NCBI GenBank assembly: GCA_018335795.1
Contig: JAGXRP010000006.1
Coordinates: 22,129-86,128, forward strand
Reading direction: 5' to 3'
DNA: 64,000 bases
Source of the DNA: Desulfobulbaceae bacterium
GTDB lineage: Bacteria > Bacteroidota > Ignavibacteria > Kapaibacteriales > UBA2268
Below, piece by piece: positions 43,894 to 53,469 of this stretch (positions are counted from its first letter, which is position 1; each line of letters starts with the position of its first letter). Under the pieces are notes generated by a model. That model did no database searches. It saw only the letters and a list, made by a program, of their open reading frames with translations, and was not told where the DNA came from. The position numbers and the translations under genes were made by a program.

Positions 43894-44748
43894 TTAATAT
43901 ATAATTGGATTCTCAAAAGAAACAAAGTCTTGTGGTTTGAAATATCCTCTTCGCGTGAGAACTACCTCAATCTTCGAAAAATTAGACAGAACAATTGATT
44001 TTCCGTTCCTAATCGCAATGTTGTGTTCAAAGTGTGCTGAGGGCATACCGTCACGTGTAACAATCGTCCATCCGTCATCAAGTTTGAGTATCCTAGATGA
44101 ACCATGAGTCAACATTGGTTCTATTGCAAGGACAAATCCTGTAAGAAGTATTGCTCCTGAACCCTTTTGACCATAATTTGGTATTTGTGGAAGTTCATGA
44201 ATCTTCCTCCCTATTCCGTGCCCGACTAATTCTTCAACAATTTGATAGCCATTGCGTATTGCGTGCTGTTGTATAGCATAGCTAATATCCCCTACTTTAT
44301 AATATGATTTCATTTGTTCTATTCCCAAAATCAAGCATTCATAAGTAACTGTTATAAGTCTTTTTTTGTCTTCCGAAATTTCACCAATTCCAAAAGTGTA
44401 GGCTTGGTCAGAATAGAATTGGTGCATAATTGCACCGCAATCAATCGTAATAATATCTCCGTCGCGTAACTCTCTATTACCGGGAATGCTATGCACAATT
44501 TCATCATTTATAGATGTACAGAGTGTGTTTGGATATCCATACAATCCTATAAATGCAGGAATTGCTTTATGGTCTCTAATGAATGTTTCAGCCAATCGGT
44601 CAAGCCTGATTGTCTGGATTCCGGGTTTAATTTCATCGGCAAGCATAGCAAGAGTATCAGAAACAACTTTTGCCGCATCTTGCATCAAATCAATTTCTTC
44701 ATCAGTCTTGAAACTCACATTACCGAAAAATCTCTCGAAGATATTCAT
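43894..44748 (-). CDS. map: Methionine aminopeptidase type I
   Basis: CTSINDEIVH, IDCG, YSD, GHGIG..IHE.P, AIEPM, SAHFEH. Confidence 0.95.
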   Translation of the reverse strand: MNIFERFFGNVSFKTDEEIDLMQDAAKVVSDTLAMLADEIKPGIQTIRLDRLAETFIRDHKAIPAFIGLYGYPNTLCTSINDEIVHSIPGNRELRDGDIITIDCGAIMHQFYSDQAYTFGIGEISEDKKRLITVTYECLILGIEQMKSYYKVGDISYAIQQHAIRNGYQIVEELVGHGIGRKIHELPQIPNYGQKGSGAILLTGFVLAIEPMLTHGSSRILKLDDGWTIVTRDGMPSAHFEHNIAIRNGKSIVLSNFSKIEVVLTRRGYFKPQDFVSFENPIIY

Positions 44749-44771
44749 TCAATTTGTTTCAAATTATGTAC

Positions 44772-45590
44772 TTATTTATCCCAAATTGGAATAAATCCCA
44801 TTTCCTTAATCAAATCTTGTGCTTGATTGCTCAGACACCAATCCAAGAAAGCTTTGACAGCTCCTGTCGGTGAATTTATGGTATAGAACTGTAAATATCG
44901 TATGATTGGATATAAGTCCTTTAGCACATTTTCGGTTGTCGGTTCTATATTATTAATGTTAATATGTTTTACACCTTCTACATAAGTTATGCCACCATAG
45001 CCAATAGCCGAAGAATCGTTACTTATGAATTGAATCATGTTACTTAGCGATAGTGCAGATGGTATAGATTTGCAATAATCTTGACCATCAAGCACATGAG
45101 TAAGGAAATATTCTCGAGTACCGGAATTTTCTTGTCTATTAATAGGACTTATTTTCAAGTCTGTCCAACCAAAAGCGTTCCAATTAGTAGTTTCACATTT
45201 GAAAATATCTTGCAATTGCTGCATTGTAAGTGATTGAATAGGGTTTTTATTATTCACGTATATGCTCATCGCATCTTTAGCAATCAGATGCGAAACACCA
45301 ATACTCCGAAATTCATCAGCGAGAAGTTTGACTTCTTCCGGTTCTACATTTCTCGATGCCATACAAATATCAGCCGATTTGTCTTGAATTGCCTGAAAAC
45401 CTGATGCTGTTCCACCACCATATACATAAATTGAAACTTGGCGATTATTTTTCATGTATTCAGCGGCTAATCTTATCGAAAGCATATACATTGTATCAGA
45501 ACCTTTGATAACAATTCGGGTAGGCTCCTTTATAGCGGTGCTACACCCAACGATTATCATAAAGCAAACCAACAATGTTATAATTTTCAA
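44772..45590 (-). CDS. pstS: PstS-family phosphate-binding lipoprotein
   Basis: Lipobox IVGC; IKGSDTM, GGGTASG, ASR, RQENSGTREYF, AIGY, YPI.R.L. Confidence 0.85.
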   Translation of the reverse strand: MKIITLLVCFMIIVGCSTAIKEPTRIVIKGSDTMYMLSIRLAAEYMKNNRQVSIYVYGGGTASGFQAIQDKSADICMASRNVEPEEVKLLADEFRSIGVSHLIAKDAMSIYVNNKNPIQSLTMQQLQDIFKCETTNWNAFGWTDLKISPINRQENSGTREYFLTHVLDGQDYCKSIPSALSLSNMIQFISNDSSAIGYGGITYVEGVKHININNIEPTTENVLKDLYPIIRYLQFYTINSPTGAVKAFLDWCLSNQAQDLIKEMGFIPIWDK

Positions 45591-45592
45591 AT

Positions 45593-47266
45593 TTATCTCC
45601 TTTCAGCTCTTGTTCTCAATCTTTCAATTTCGTACGGACTTCCTTCGTACCATTCAGGAATTATTTCTAAATTGATTAATTCAATTGACAAATTTAATAA
45701 AAAATCTACATGTTGCATCGCCGCATCGTAATTAATCATATAATTCAAATCATCAAAAGGTGAATGATAAACATTTACCATGTAATCATAAAGCCGATAA
45801 AAACCGAATTCATGGCTTACATTTGCATAATCTGTACCTTCCATCACAAGCATAGAAGGTATTCCGGCTTGTGCAAAAATAGTTTGGTCGGAGCGATTGA
45901 ATGCACCGACTTTGGATAATTCAAAAGGTAGTTCTTCTAAGTACAAATTATTAGATTCGGTTACTTTAATTATTATGTCCTGCAATTCTGAAAAATCTGC
46001 ACCTACTCCGAAAATTGAGTTAAAGTTATCTATGAATGCAATGCCGTCAATATTCAAATTTGCGATAGTTTTATATAAAGGTACAATCGGATTTTGAGCA
46101 TAATAAATGCTTCCGAGCAAGCCTCTTTCCTCGGCTGTAGTAAAAACGATAATTATATTCCTGTTCAAATTATCGGCAAACAAATTCAACATTCTGGACA
46201 ATTCCAATAGTGCCGATACTCCCATTGCATTGTCCAAAACGCCATTATATATTGAATCTCCATCAACAGGAATTCCAATTCCAAGATGGTCGTAATGTGC
46301 AGATAACAACAAATACTCATCCTTTACATTTTCTCCACGACCCTTGATGAACCCTACAACATTCGGTGCTAAAAAAGTTTTATCGGCGTACTTTCCTTTG
46401 AATGTAAATGAAGCTTTGGATAAGTTATTATCAACGAATTCAGTAAATCCGAATTCATTTTGGTCAACAATTACACCCATGTAATCAATGATATGATTTG
46501 CTTTATCAAACGGCATGATGATTGTTAAAATATCAGAAGCAGTTTGAGCTAATGTCATTTCGGGCAAACTATATTCGAGCAACATATTAGCCCAAGGTTT
46601 GAAACGCAAATCCTTCTCGGAAAGCAATATAATACAGGCTTTTGCTCCACGAGCGAGTGCTTGTTTGGCTTTGGTTTGAAAATTCGAATAAATCGTAGGA
46701 TAAATACCATTAAAATATTCGAGCTCTTCAGAAAATGGTTCACCATTAAGCAAAACAACTACCTTGCCACTAACGTCTATGTTTTGATAATCATTATAAT
46801 CAAATTCAGGAGCAAAAATCCCGAAACCTGCAAACACAATGTCTAAAGGACGCGGTAAATATGACATCATACCGGTAGAACTTACAATATAATCTTCACT
46901 AAGTTCAAAATCATATGTATCATTGCAAACAATTTTAAATTCGCTTTCGGGTAACACCGAAATTTCATGCAATGGGATATTTTGGAAGTATGAACCGTTC
47001 AAGCCCGGCAAAATGCCATAGTCCGCTAATCTTTCAGCAATCACCATTGCGGCTTTATTCCCAATTCTACCGTCAGTGGGTCTGCCCTTCATTGAGTCCT
47101 GACCCAAAATGTTAATGAGCTCTCTAAAATTAATCGGATTGAGTGAATGAACGCTATCGTTTTGCATTTCAATTGACGATTCCATACTGTTAACAACATG
47201 ATGAAACAGTAAGAAAATAATTAGAATCTTTATAAACTTTCTTTCGTATATATATAAAGTTGTCAT
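45593..47266 (-). CDS. M28 family aminopeptidase with PA domain
   Basis: SAHYDHLG, IYNGVLDNAMG, AEERGLLGS, NLNID, RSDQ, YHSPFD. Confidence 0.92.
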   Translation of the reverse strand: MTTLYIYERKFIKILIIFLLFHHVVNSMESSIEMQNDSVHSLNPINFRELINILGQDSMKGRPTDGRIGNKAAMVIAERLADYGILPGLNGSYFQNIPLHEISVLPESEFKIVCNDTYDFELSEDYIVSSTGMMSYLPRPLDIVFAGFGIFAPEFDYNDYQNIDVSGKVVVLLNGEPFSEELEYFNGIYPTIYSNFQTKAKQALARGAKACIILLSEKDLRFKPWANMLLEYSLPEMTLAQTASDILTIIMPFDKANHIIDYMGVIVDQNEFGFTEFVDNNLSKASFTFKGKYADKTFLAPNVVGFIKGRGENVKDEYLLLSAHYDHLGIGIPVDGDSIYNGVLDNAMGVSALLELSRMLNLFADNLNRNIIIVFTTAEERGLLGSIYYAQNPIVPLYKTIANLNIDGIAFIDNFNSIFGVGADFSELQDIIIKVTESNNLYLEELPFELSKVGAFNRSDQTIFAQAGIPSMLVMEGTDYANVSHEFGFYRLYDYMVNVYHSPFDDLNYMINYDAAMQHVDFLLNLSIELINLEIIPEWYEGSPYEIERLRTRAERR

Positions 47267-47375
47267 CAGTTTTGAAGCATGTAATAAATTTATTGATAAT
47301 TTTGAAAATAAAAATGAACAAAATGAAATTGATTTTTTGTAAATATAAACTATACGTACTTAAAGGAAAAACTTT

Positions 47376-49247
47376 ATGATTAAGTTTAATATGATTTTCG
47401 TAATATTGTTTTGTATTATTGGAGCTACAATGACAACTTATTCGCAGACTAAACTCCCTACCAGAGCGGAAATAGAGAACAAATACAAGTGGAATACTGC
47501 TGATATTTTTATTTCCGAAGAAGCATGGGAAGAAGAATTCGCTCGTATCAAAAATGAGATTCCCAAGATTCAACAATTCAAAGGTAAATTTGCCGAATCG
47601 GCAAAATCCGTTTATGAAAGCTTTGCTCTGGCTGATAAAGTCTCTGCAGCATTTTCAAAATTATATTTATATGTTGCATTGTCGCGAGACACTGATTTGA
47701 ATGAAGGGAAATTCCAGATGATGTTCGACCGAATACAAAAGCTGGGTTCTGAAATTTCTGCTGCAGCTTCATTCATGACACCAGAATTAATTTCCATTCC
47801 AAAAGATAAATTTCATCAATTTTTGAATGACAAGATTTTGGCTGATTACAGACACCAATTAGAATCCACTTACAAAATGCGTGACCATACTTTGCCGGCA
47901 GACCAAGAACAACTTCTCGCTAAACTTAGTCCCGTATTTCAGACAGCAAACAATACTTATTCAATTTTGAATGATGCAGAATTACCCTTTCCAAATATCA
48001 AAATGAATGATGGGACCGAAATGCAAGTATCGCACGGTCGTTACAGAGCTGCACTTTTTGCGTTAGATAGGAATTATCGCAAAGATGTTTACAAAGCTAC
48101 TTATGAACCATATAGTGCGCTAAAAGGCACAATGGCATCGTTATATAATTCCAGAGTAAAGCAACGACTCGTAAATTCCGAAATACGCAAATATTCATCC
48201 CCGATTGAAGCCGCTTTGAAAGGCAATGATATTCCGGTAGATGTTTACAAAAATTTAGTCAAATCAGTCAATGATAACTTGGATGCATTGCATAAATGGG
48301 CAAAAATCAAAAAAACAGCATTGAAATTAGACGAATTGCATCCATATGATACTTATGTAACACTCTTCCCTGCTACTCAACGTGAATATGATTATGAAAC
48401 AGCTTGCGAAATCGTATTGAAATCGCTAAAACCATTAGGCGACGAGTACGTTAAGCAAGTTAAATTCGGTTTCGAAAACAGATGGATTGACGTTTACGAA
48501 ACTCAAGGCAAACGCAGCGGAGCATATTCAAATAGCACAGGTGCAGGTCCTCACCCATTCATATTGATGAATTGGAATAATACGATGGACGACATGTTCA
48601 CGCTGACACATGAAATCGGTCATAATATGCACTCATTTTTTAGCGAAAAACACCAACCTTACCATTATGCGGGATATTCTATTTTTGTTGCAGAGGTAGC
48701 ATCAATTACAAACGAAGCACTATTGCTTGATTATTTGCTCGAAAATGCTAAAACAAAAGAGGAAAAAGCCGAACTTCTCGAAAAATTTTTAATCTCGGCA
48801 CAAATGACATTTTTCCGCCAAACTCGATTTGCGGAATTTGAAATGTTGACACACGAAAAGGCTCAAAAAGGTGAAATATTGACAGCAGACCAATTAACAG
48901 AGTTATTTGCCGAGCTATATCAAAAGTATTGGGGACCCGAAATGGTTACCGATGCTGAAGAAGGATTATCGTGGGCACGTGTTCATCATTTAGTAAAATA
49001 CGATTTCTACGTTTACCAATACGCAACCGGGTTTGTAGCAGCGCACGCATTAGCTGAGCAAATCAAGAAAGAAGGCGCTCCTGCAATCAAGCGATATTTG
49101 GATTTTCTTTCATCAGGAAGTTCGGATTATCCAATCAACGTTTTGCAAAAAGCCGGAGTTGACATGAGCAGCCCCAAACCGATTGAACTAACGATTCAAA
49201 AAATAAAACGCTACACCGAAGAATTAGAAAAGCTGATGAAATCGTAA
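47376..49247 (+). CDS. pepF: Oligoendopeptidase F (M3B) with signal peptide
   Basis: RWIDVYE..GKRSGAYS, THEIGH (HExxH), FVAEVAS, FYVYQYATG. Confidence 0.95.
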   Translation: MIKFNMIFVILFCIIGATMTTYSQTKLPTRAEIENKYKWNTADIFISEEAWEEEFARIKNEIPKIQQFKGKFAESAKSVYESFALADKVSAAFSKLYLYVALSRDTDLNEGKFQMMFDRIQKLGSEISAAASFMTPELISIPKDKFHQFLNDKILADYRHQLESTYKMRDHTLPADQEQLLAKLSPVFQTANNTYSILNDAELPFPNIKMNDGTEMQVSHGRYRAALFALDRNYRKDVYKATYEPYSALKGTMASLYNSRVKQRLVNSEIRKYSSPIEAALKGNDIPVDVYKNLVKSVNDNLDALHKWAKIKKTALKLDELHPYDTYVTLFPATQREYDYETACEIVLKSLKPLGDEYVKQVKFGFENRWIDVYETQGKRSGAYSNSTGAGPHPFILMNWNNTMDDMFTLTHEIGHNMHSFFSEKHQPYHYAGYSIFVAEVASITNEALLLDYLLENAKTKEEKAELLEKFLISAQMTFFRQTRFAEFEMLTHEKAQKGEILTADQLTELFAELYQKYWGPEMVTDAEEGLSWARVHHLVKYDFYVYQYATGFVAAHALAEQIKKEGAPAIKRYLDFLSSGSSDYPINVLQKAGVDMSSPKPIELTIQKIKRYTEELEKLMKS

Positions 49248-49269
49248 ATATAGTTTTTATCTCAAACTT

Positions 49270-49302
49270 AAAAAAAGCTGTCCAAATGGGCAGCTTTTTT
49301 TT
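49270..49302. terminator. Intrinsic (possibly bidirectional) terminator after pepF
   Basis: AAAAAAAGCTGTCCA-AA-TGGGCAGCTTTTTTTT hairpin with A and T tracts. Confidence 0.85.
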
Positions 49303-49431
49303 GTGTAGCATGACTATTTTATTTGGAAATGAAGAAATCTTGTTTTATGTTAGAATAGTGCGAACATACAATATGGACAATTGATGTTGAAAATTTGTGA
49401 AATTTGATTGTTAGAATTCAGGACAAGGTAT

Positions 49432-50793
49432 ATGTCAAGAACTTCATTAAATATTAGTCTGCTGACTTTGATATTATATTTATTTTTTTCTAGTATTAAT
49501 GCAAGGTCTCAAAGTCTCATTTGGGACCTTGCAGATACAATAAGTATAGGTACTATAAGAGAAGTATCCTGTATAAATAAGGATATTTGTATTTATAGAT
49601 ATGAGTTAATGTTCAACAATGGTATAATATTGAAACTGACAACTGATGGTGGTTTAAATTGGACACACATTTTTGCTGATACTAATATTATAGACAATGA
49701 AACCTTTCTTCCTATCTATTTAGCACCAAACTATTATACTTTATCCTTTAAATCACAAGATAAAATCATATTAACGGCAGATACTAATATCTTTTGGTAT
49801 AGTAATGATTTGGGCAAAACTTGGATAAAAGACTCAATTGATGAAGGATATAGTCTAAGTATCAAAATGGTAGATAGTTTAAATGGGTTGATGTATAAAA
49901 AACTCAAAGGAGGTATGTTTGTTGAAATATTTGCGACTTCTAATGGTGGTATCAGCTGGCATGAGATACATAAACCCTTAGAACACAAATGGGACCTTAA
50001 TTTTTTTGGCGGTGTACTAATGGAAGGGAGTATTTATCTTTATTCTATAAATGAAGATTGGGGTTATAGTTTAAATTGGACGCTTGATTTGGGTAAAACA
50101 TGGGATAGCTATTATTATGGAGGATATTACGCATTCAATGACTTACAATTTATAAATCCTTATATTGGATTTAGTATTAATAGATATATGAATTTGGATA
50201 GCAATAAGACCTTCTTTTCTGTAATGAAAACATATGACTCGGGTGCTACATGGACGGTACTTTTAGAATCAGACTCAGTCCAATATTCGAGATTGTCCTT
50301 CTCTGATTCATTAAACGGTATTGTTGCGGGGTCAACTACGGATTTAATCATTCGTACAACAGATGGAGGTTATTCTTGGCACAAAGATACAGTTCATGGT
50401 ATACCGCCAAGACAAATGCGTAATCTAAGAAATATCAACATGATTGAAAGTAAAAGCGCATTTTTATCCACATCCCGACATATTATTAAATTAACCGACA
50501 GGCCTACATCAATTGAAAATTTTCCACTTATTAATCAAAATTCATTAGACTTTGAGTCAATTATTGTAAATAAAGAAATTGATTTAGAAATCTTGAATGA
50601 TTGTGTCGGAAAGAGTCAAATATCTATAACCATTTATAATAGTACCGGAAAATTAATTTCTAACGATGAATTTCGATATTCTCACTTTGATAAAGGGATT
50701 ATTTTAAACTTATCAAACTTTACAAGCGGTTTTTATTTGATTAGAGTTGATTGTGCCTCGAAAAACAAATTATTACAATTATTAATTATATGA
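49432..50793 (+). CDS. T9SS-secreted BNR/Ycf48-like beta-propeller protein
   Basis: Signal peptide, multiple T.DGG..W Asp-boxes, C-terminal IYNSTGKLI...LSNFTSGFYLIRV (type A CTD); start 49408 or 49432. Confidence 0.85.
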   Translation: MSRTSLNISLLTLILYLFFSSINARSQSLIWDLADTISIGTIREVSCINKDICIYRYELMFNNGIILKLTTDGGLNWTHIFADTNIIDNETFLPIYLAPNYYTLSFKSQDKIILTADTNIFWYSNDLGKTWIKDSIDEGYSLSIKMVDSLNGLMYKKLKGGMFVEIFATSNGGISWHEIHKPLEHKWDLNFFGGVLMEGSIYLYSINEDWGYSLNWTLDLGKTWDSYYYGGYYAFNDLQFINPYIGFSINRYMNLDSNKTFFSVMKTYDSGATWTVLLESDSVQYSRLSFSDSLNGIVAGSTTDLIIRTTDGGYSWHKDTVHGIPPRQMRNLRNINMIESKSAFLSTSRHIIKLTDRPTSIENFPLINQNSLDFESIIVNKEIDLEILNDCVGKSQISITIYNSTGKLISNDEFRYSHFDKGIILNLSNFTSGFYLIRVDCASKNKLLQLLII

Positions 50794-50800
50794 AATAATT

Positions 50801-52111
50801 ATGAAAAATCTCATTTTATTAATATTGATTTTAACTACATATTTCTCACTTCCTCTTTATGCAGATAATAATTGGTTGCATATTAAGGACACTTTTTATA
50901 AGAATTTTCAAAAAGCTATTTGTTTTGACTCCTTGAATTACGGTGCTTTAGGGCTCGCTATTAATGGTGTAACCAAATTTTATCTTACAGCGGATGGTGG
51001 TATTAATTGGCAACAAACATTAACGGATGACATTTGTTTCTTAGAACCTGAAATTAGAAGAGGAAATCTTTATCCTATTGATATTTCCAGAACTATTGAT
51101 GGTTTTGTTTATATTGCTTGCGATACTGGATATTTTATTTATTCTACTGATAGTTGTTCTACTTGGCAACGATTTAAATCAAGCATTGACAGTAATTTTA
51201 AATTTTTTGATATGTATGACAGTAAAATAGGAATAGCTGCAACCGAACATACTTTATTCATTTCAGAAGACGGTTGCTCTACATTCATAGAAATTCCCAT
51301 AAATATCGTGAATGCCATAATCTCGAGAATTTGGAACATAAAAATTCTTGATGAGAACCATATTTTTATAATAGCAGAATCATACAGTTTGAAGTCTAAC
51401 GTACTTATTAAGTCTTCTAATCAAGGTTCCACTTGGGAGATGATTTCATTCGGCAAAATTGAAACCGGTAGATTATTTAATATTGGGTTGGAGCATATTT
51501 GGCTCGCTGCGCCTATTTCAATATATTCACAAGGGAAAAAAACAACAGAAGACTTTATATATTACTCGAATGACCATGGAAATACTTGGATTTTACAGTA
51601 TTCTAACCAAAAAGATAATGATGGTTTTATAACCTCTTTAAATTTTTATGATGAGTTTAATGGCATTGCTACCGGTTGGTATGGATTAATATACATGACT
51701 TTCGATGGTGGGAAAACTTGGCAACAAAGCTTCCATAGACAGTATTATTTGAATGAAAATTTATTCGCCTGCCTGAGGATTTCCCAAGATAAAGCTGTAG
51801 TATTTTCCGACAAAGGTCATATTTACAAGTACAAATTGAACGAGATGAGTATAAATTATTTACACCAAGAAGAGATATTTATAAACTATTTGACTCAGTC
51901 AGATTATTTAGAAATTAATTTTAATGAGATTGACATTAGAACCAGCAAAAATTTAGAAAATTTTAAAATATATAATATTCTAGGTGAATGTATGGTTAAT
52001 CAATCAATTCCAACTTCTAATGGAAAACAGTATATTGATGTCTCAAAATTATCTGCCGGCTTGTATTTTGTGATAATTGGCAATAGAGTAGAGAAGTTTG
52101 TGAAGATGTGA
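50801..52111 (+). CDS. T9SS-secreted BNR/Ycf48-like beta-propeller protein
   Basis: Asp-boxes (TADGGINW, SNDHGNTW, TFDGGKTW); CTD KIYNILGECM...IDVSKLSAGLYFV..VEKFVKM. Confidence 0.88.
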   Translation: MKNLILLILILTTYFSLPLYADNNWLHIKDTFYKNFQKAICFDSLNYGALGLAINGVTKFYLTADGGINWQQTLTDDICFLEPEIRRGNLYPIDISRTIDGFVYIACDTGYFIYSTDSCSTWQRFKSSIDSNFKFFDMYDSKIGIAATEHTLFISEDGCSTFIEIPINIVNAIISRIWNIKILDENHIFIIAESYSLKSNVLIKSSNQGSTWEMISFGKIETGRLFNIGLEHIWLAAPISIYSQGKKTTEDFIYYSNDHGNTWILQYSNQKDNDGFITSLNFYDEFNGIATGWYGLIYMTFDGGKTWQQSFHRQYYLNENLFACLRISQDKAVVFSDKGHIYKYKLNEMSINYLHQEEIFINYLTQSDYLEINFNEIDIRTSKNLENFKIYNILGECMVNQSIPTSNGKQYIDVSKLSAGLYFVIIGNRVEKFVKM

Positions 52112-52154
52112 ATTCTGTCACACCGACAAGCACACCTTTTGTCAAATTACTGAC

Positions 52155-52180
52155 AATCATACAAATCATAGTTCAGACAA
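52155..52180 (-). repeat. Solo half-copy of the TTGTCTGAACTATGATTT repeat family
   Basis: AATCATACAAATCATAGTTCAGACAA; 52163-52180 is identical to 53432-53449. Confidence 0.85.
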
Positions 52181-52243
52181 AAAACCCTAAAATTTACTTG
52201 GGCAATATTCGTAAATAGTATAATTGTACTAAATAGGAATGTA

Positions 52244-53242
52244 ATGGAACAGAGAAAAGTGATTTTGAGCGGTGTAACTCCTTCGGGGATACTGACAATC
52301 GGGCATTTGACAGGTGCTTTGACTAATTGGGTCAAATTGCAGAACGAATATGATTGCTATTATATGATTGCCGATTTGCATGCAATCACTGCCAAACAGA
52401 CTCCCGCAGAATTGCGCAAACGCACCTTGGACACCGCAGCGATGTTCATTGCATCGGGTATAGACCCCGTCAATTCAACTTTGTTTATCCAATCTCATGT
52501 GCCTGAACATTCCCAGCTCACTTGGGTCCTCAATACTTTCACGGGTATGGGCGAATGCAGCCGTATGACTCAATTCAAGGACAAATCGCGACAACATTCC
52601 GAAAATATCAACGTTGGGTTGTTCACATATCCTGTGCTAATGGCTGCCGATATTTTGCTCTACCAAGCTGACCTCGTGCCCGTTGGTGAAGACCAGAAGC
52701 AGCATCTCGAGCTTACTCGCAATTTGGCACAAAGGTTCAATCACAATTATTCCGACACATTCAAAGTTCCGGAGCCGTATATCCCCGAAATTGGGGCGCG
52801 AATCATGAGCCTTCAGGAGCCGGAAAAGAAAATGTCCAAGTCCGACCCAATCCAAGGTTCGATAATATTTTTGACCGATACCGATGAGCAGATTGTAGGT
52901 AAAATCAAGCGTGCAGTGACCGATTCGGGCAGCGAAGTCATATTTGATGAGGAAAACAAGCCCGGAGTGGCAAATTTGATGACGCTCTACCACATCGCCA
53001 CAGGCAAGTCAATGAGCGAAATCGAGAGTGAATTCGCGGGAAAAGGCTATGGCGATTTCAAATCTCAAGTTGGCGATTCCGTTGCCGAATTCATCAGCCC
53101 CATTCGCGACCGTTACAACGAATTAATCGCAAATAAGGACGAATTGGCAAAGATACTCATCAGTGGTGGCGAAAAAGCCCGCCACACCGCCTTACGAACT
53201 TTGCGAAAAGTCTATAAAAAGGTCGGTTTCGTGCAGTTTTAA
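52244..53242 (+). CDS. trpS: Tryptophan--tRNA ligase
   Basis: SGVTPSG.LTIGH (HIGH-like), YPVLMAADILLY, VPVGEDQKQHLE, KMSKS. Confidence 0.97.
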   Translation: MEQRKVILSGVTPSGILTIGHLTGALTNWVKLQNEYDCYYMIADLHAITAKQTPAELRKRTLDTAAMFIASGIDPVNSTLFIQSHVPEHSQLTWVLNTFTGMGECSRMTQFKDKSRQHSENINVGLFTYPVLMAADILLYQADLVPVGEDQKQHLELTRNLAQRFNHNYSDTFKVPEPYIPEIGARIMSLQEPEKKMSKSDPIQGSIIFLTDTDEQIVGKIKRAVTDSGSEVIFDEENKPGVANLMTLYHIATGKSMSEIESEFAGKGYGDFKSQVGDSVAEFISPIRDRYNELIANKDELAKILISGGEKARHTALRTLRKVYKKVGFVQF

Positions 53243-53243
53243 A

Positions 53244-53449
53244 TTGTCTGACCATGATTGTCTGAACCATGATTTATGTGATTTGGGAGTATTATTGTCT
53301 GAACTTTGATTTATGTGATTTGTGTGATTAAGATCTTGTCTGAACTATGATTTATGTGATTTTTGTGATTAATATGATAAATATGAATACAATTTCAAAA
53401 AATGTAATCACACAAATCATTCAAATCACAAAAATCATAGTTCAGACAA
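53244..53449. repeat. REP/MITE-like palindromic repeat cluster with 9-bp TGATT periodicity
   Basis: Four direct copies of TTGTCTGA(A)CyATGATT starting at 53244, 53258, 53295 and 53336, plus one inverted copy ending at 53449; perfect 18-bp IR 53336-53353/53432-53449. Confidence 0.9.
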
Positions 53450-53469
53450 AAAAACAATGTTCAGATGTT

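Noticed and set aside
52112..52243. T-box riboswitch upstream of trpS
   Set aside because: Only about 130 bp, with no T-box consensus or antiterminator
52147..52335. 62-aa minus-strand ORF ending CLNYDLYDCQ
   Set aside because: Antisense to the trpS start; its tail is simply the translated repeat element
53244..53449. Possible CRISPR array
   Set aside because: Copies are spaced 14, 37 and 41 bp apart with no unique spacers of about 30 nt, one copy is inverted, and there are no cas genes
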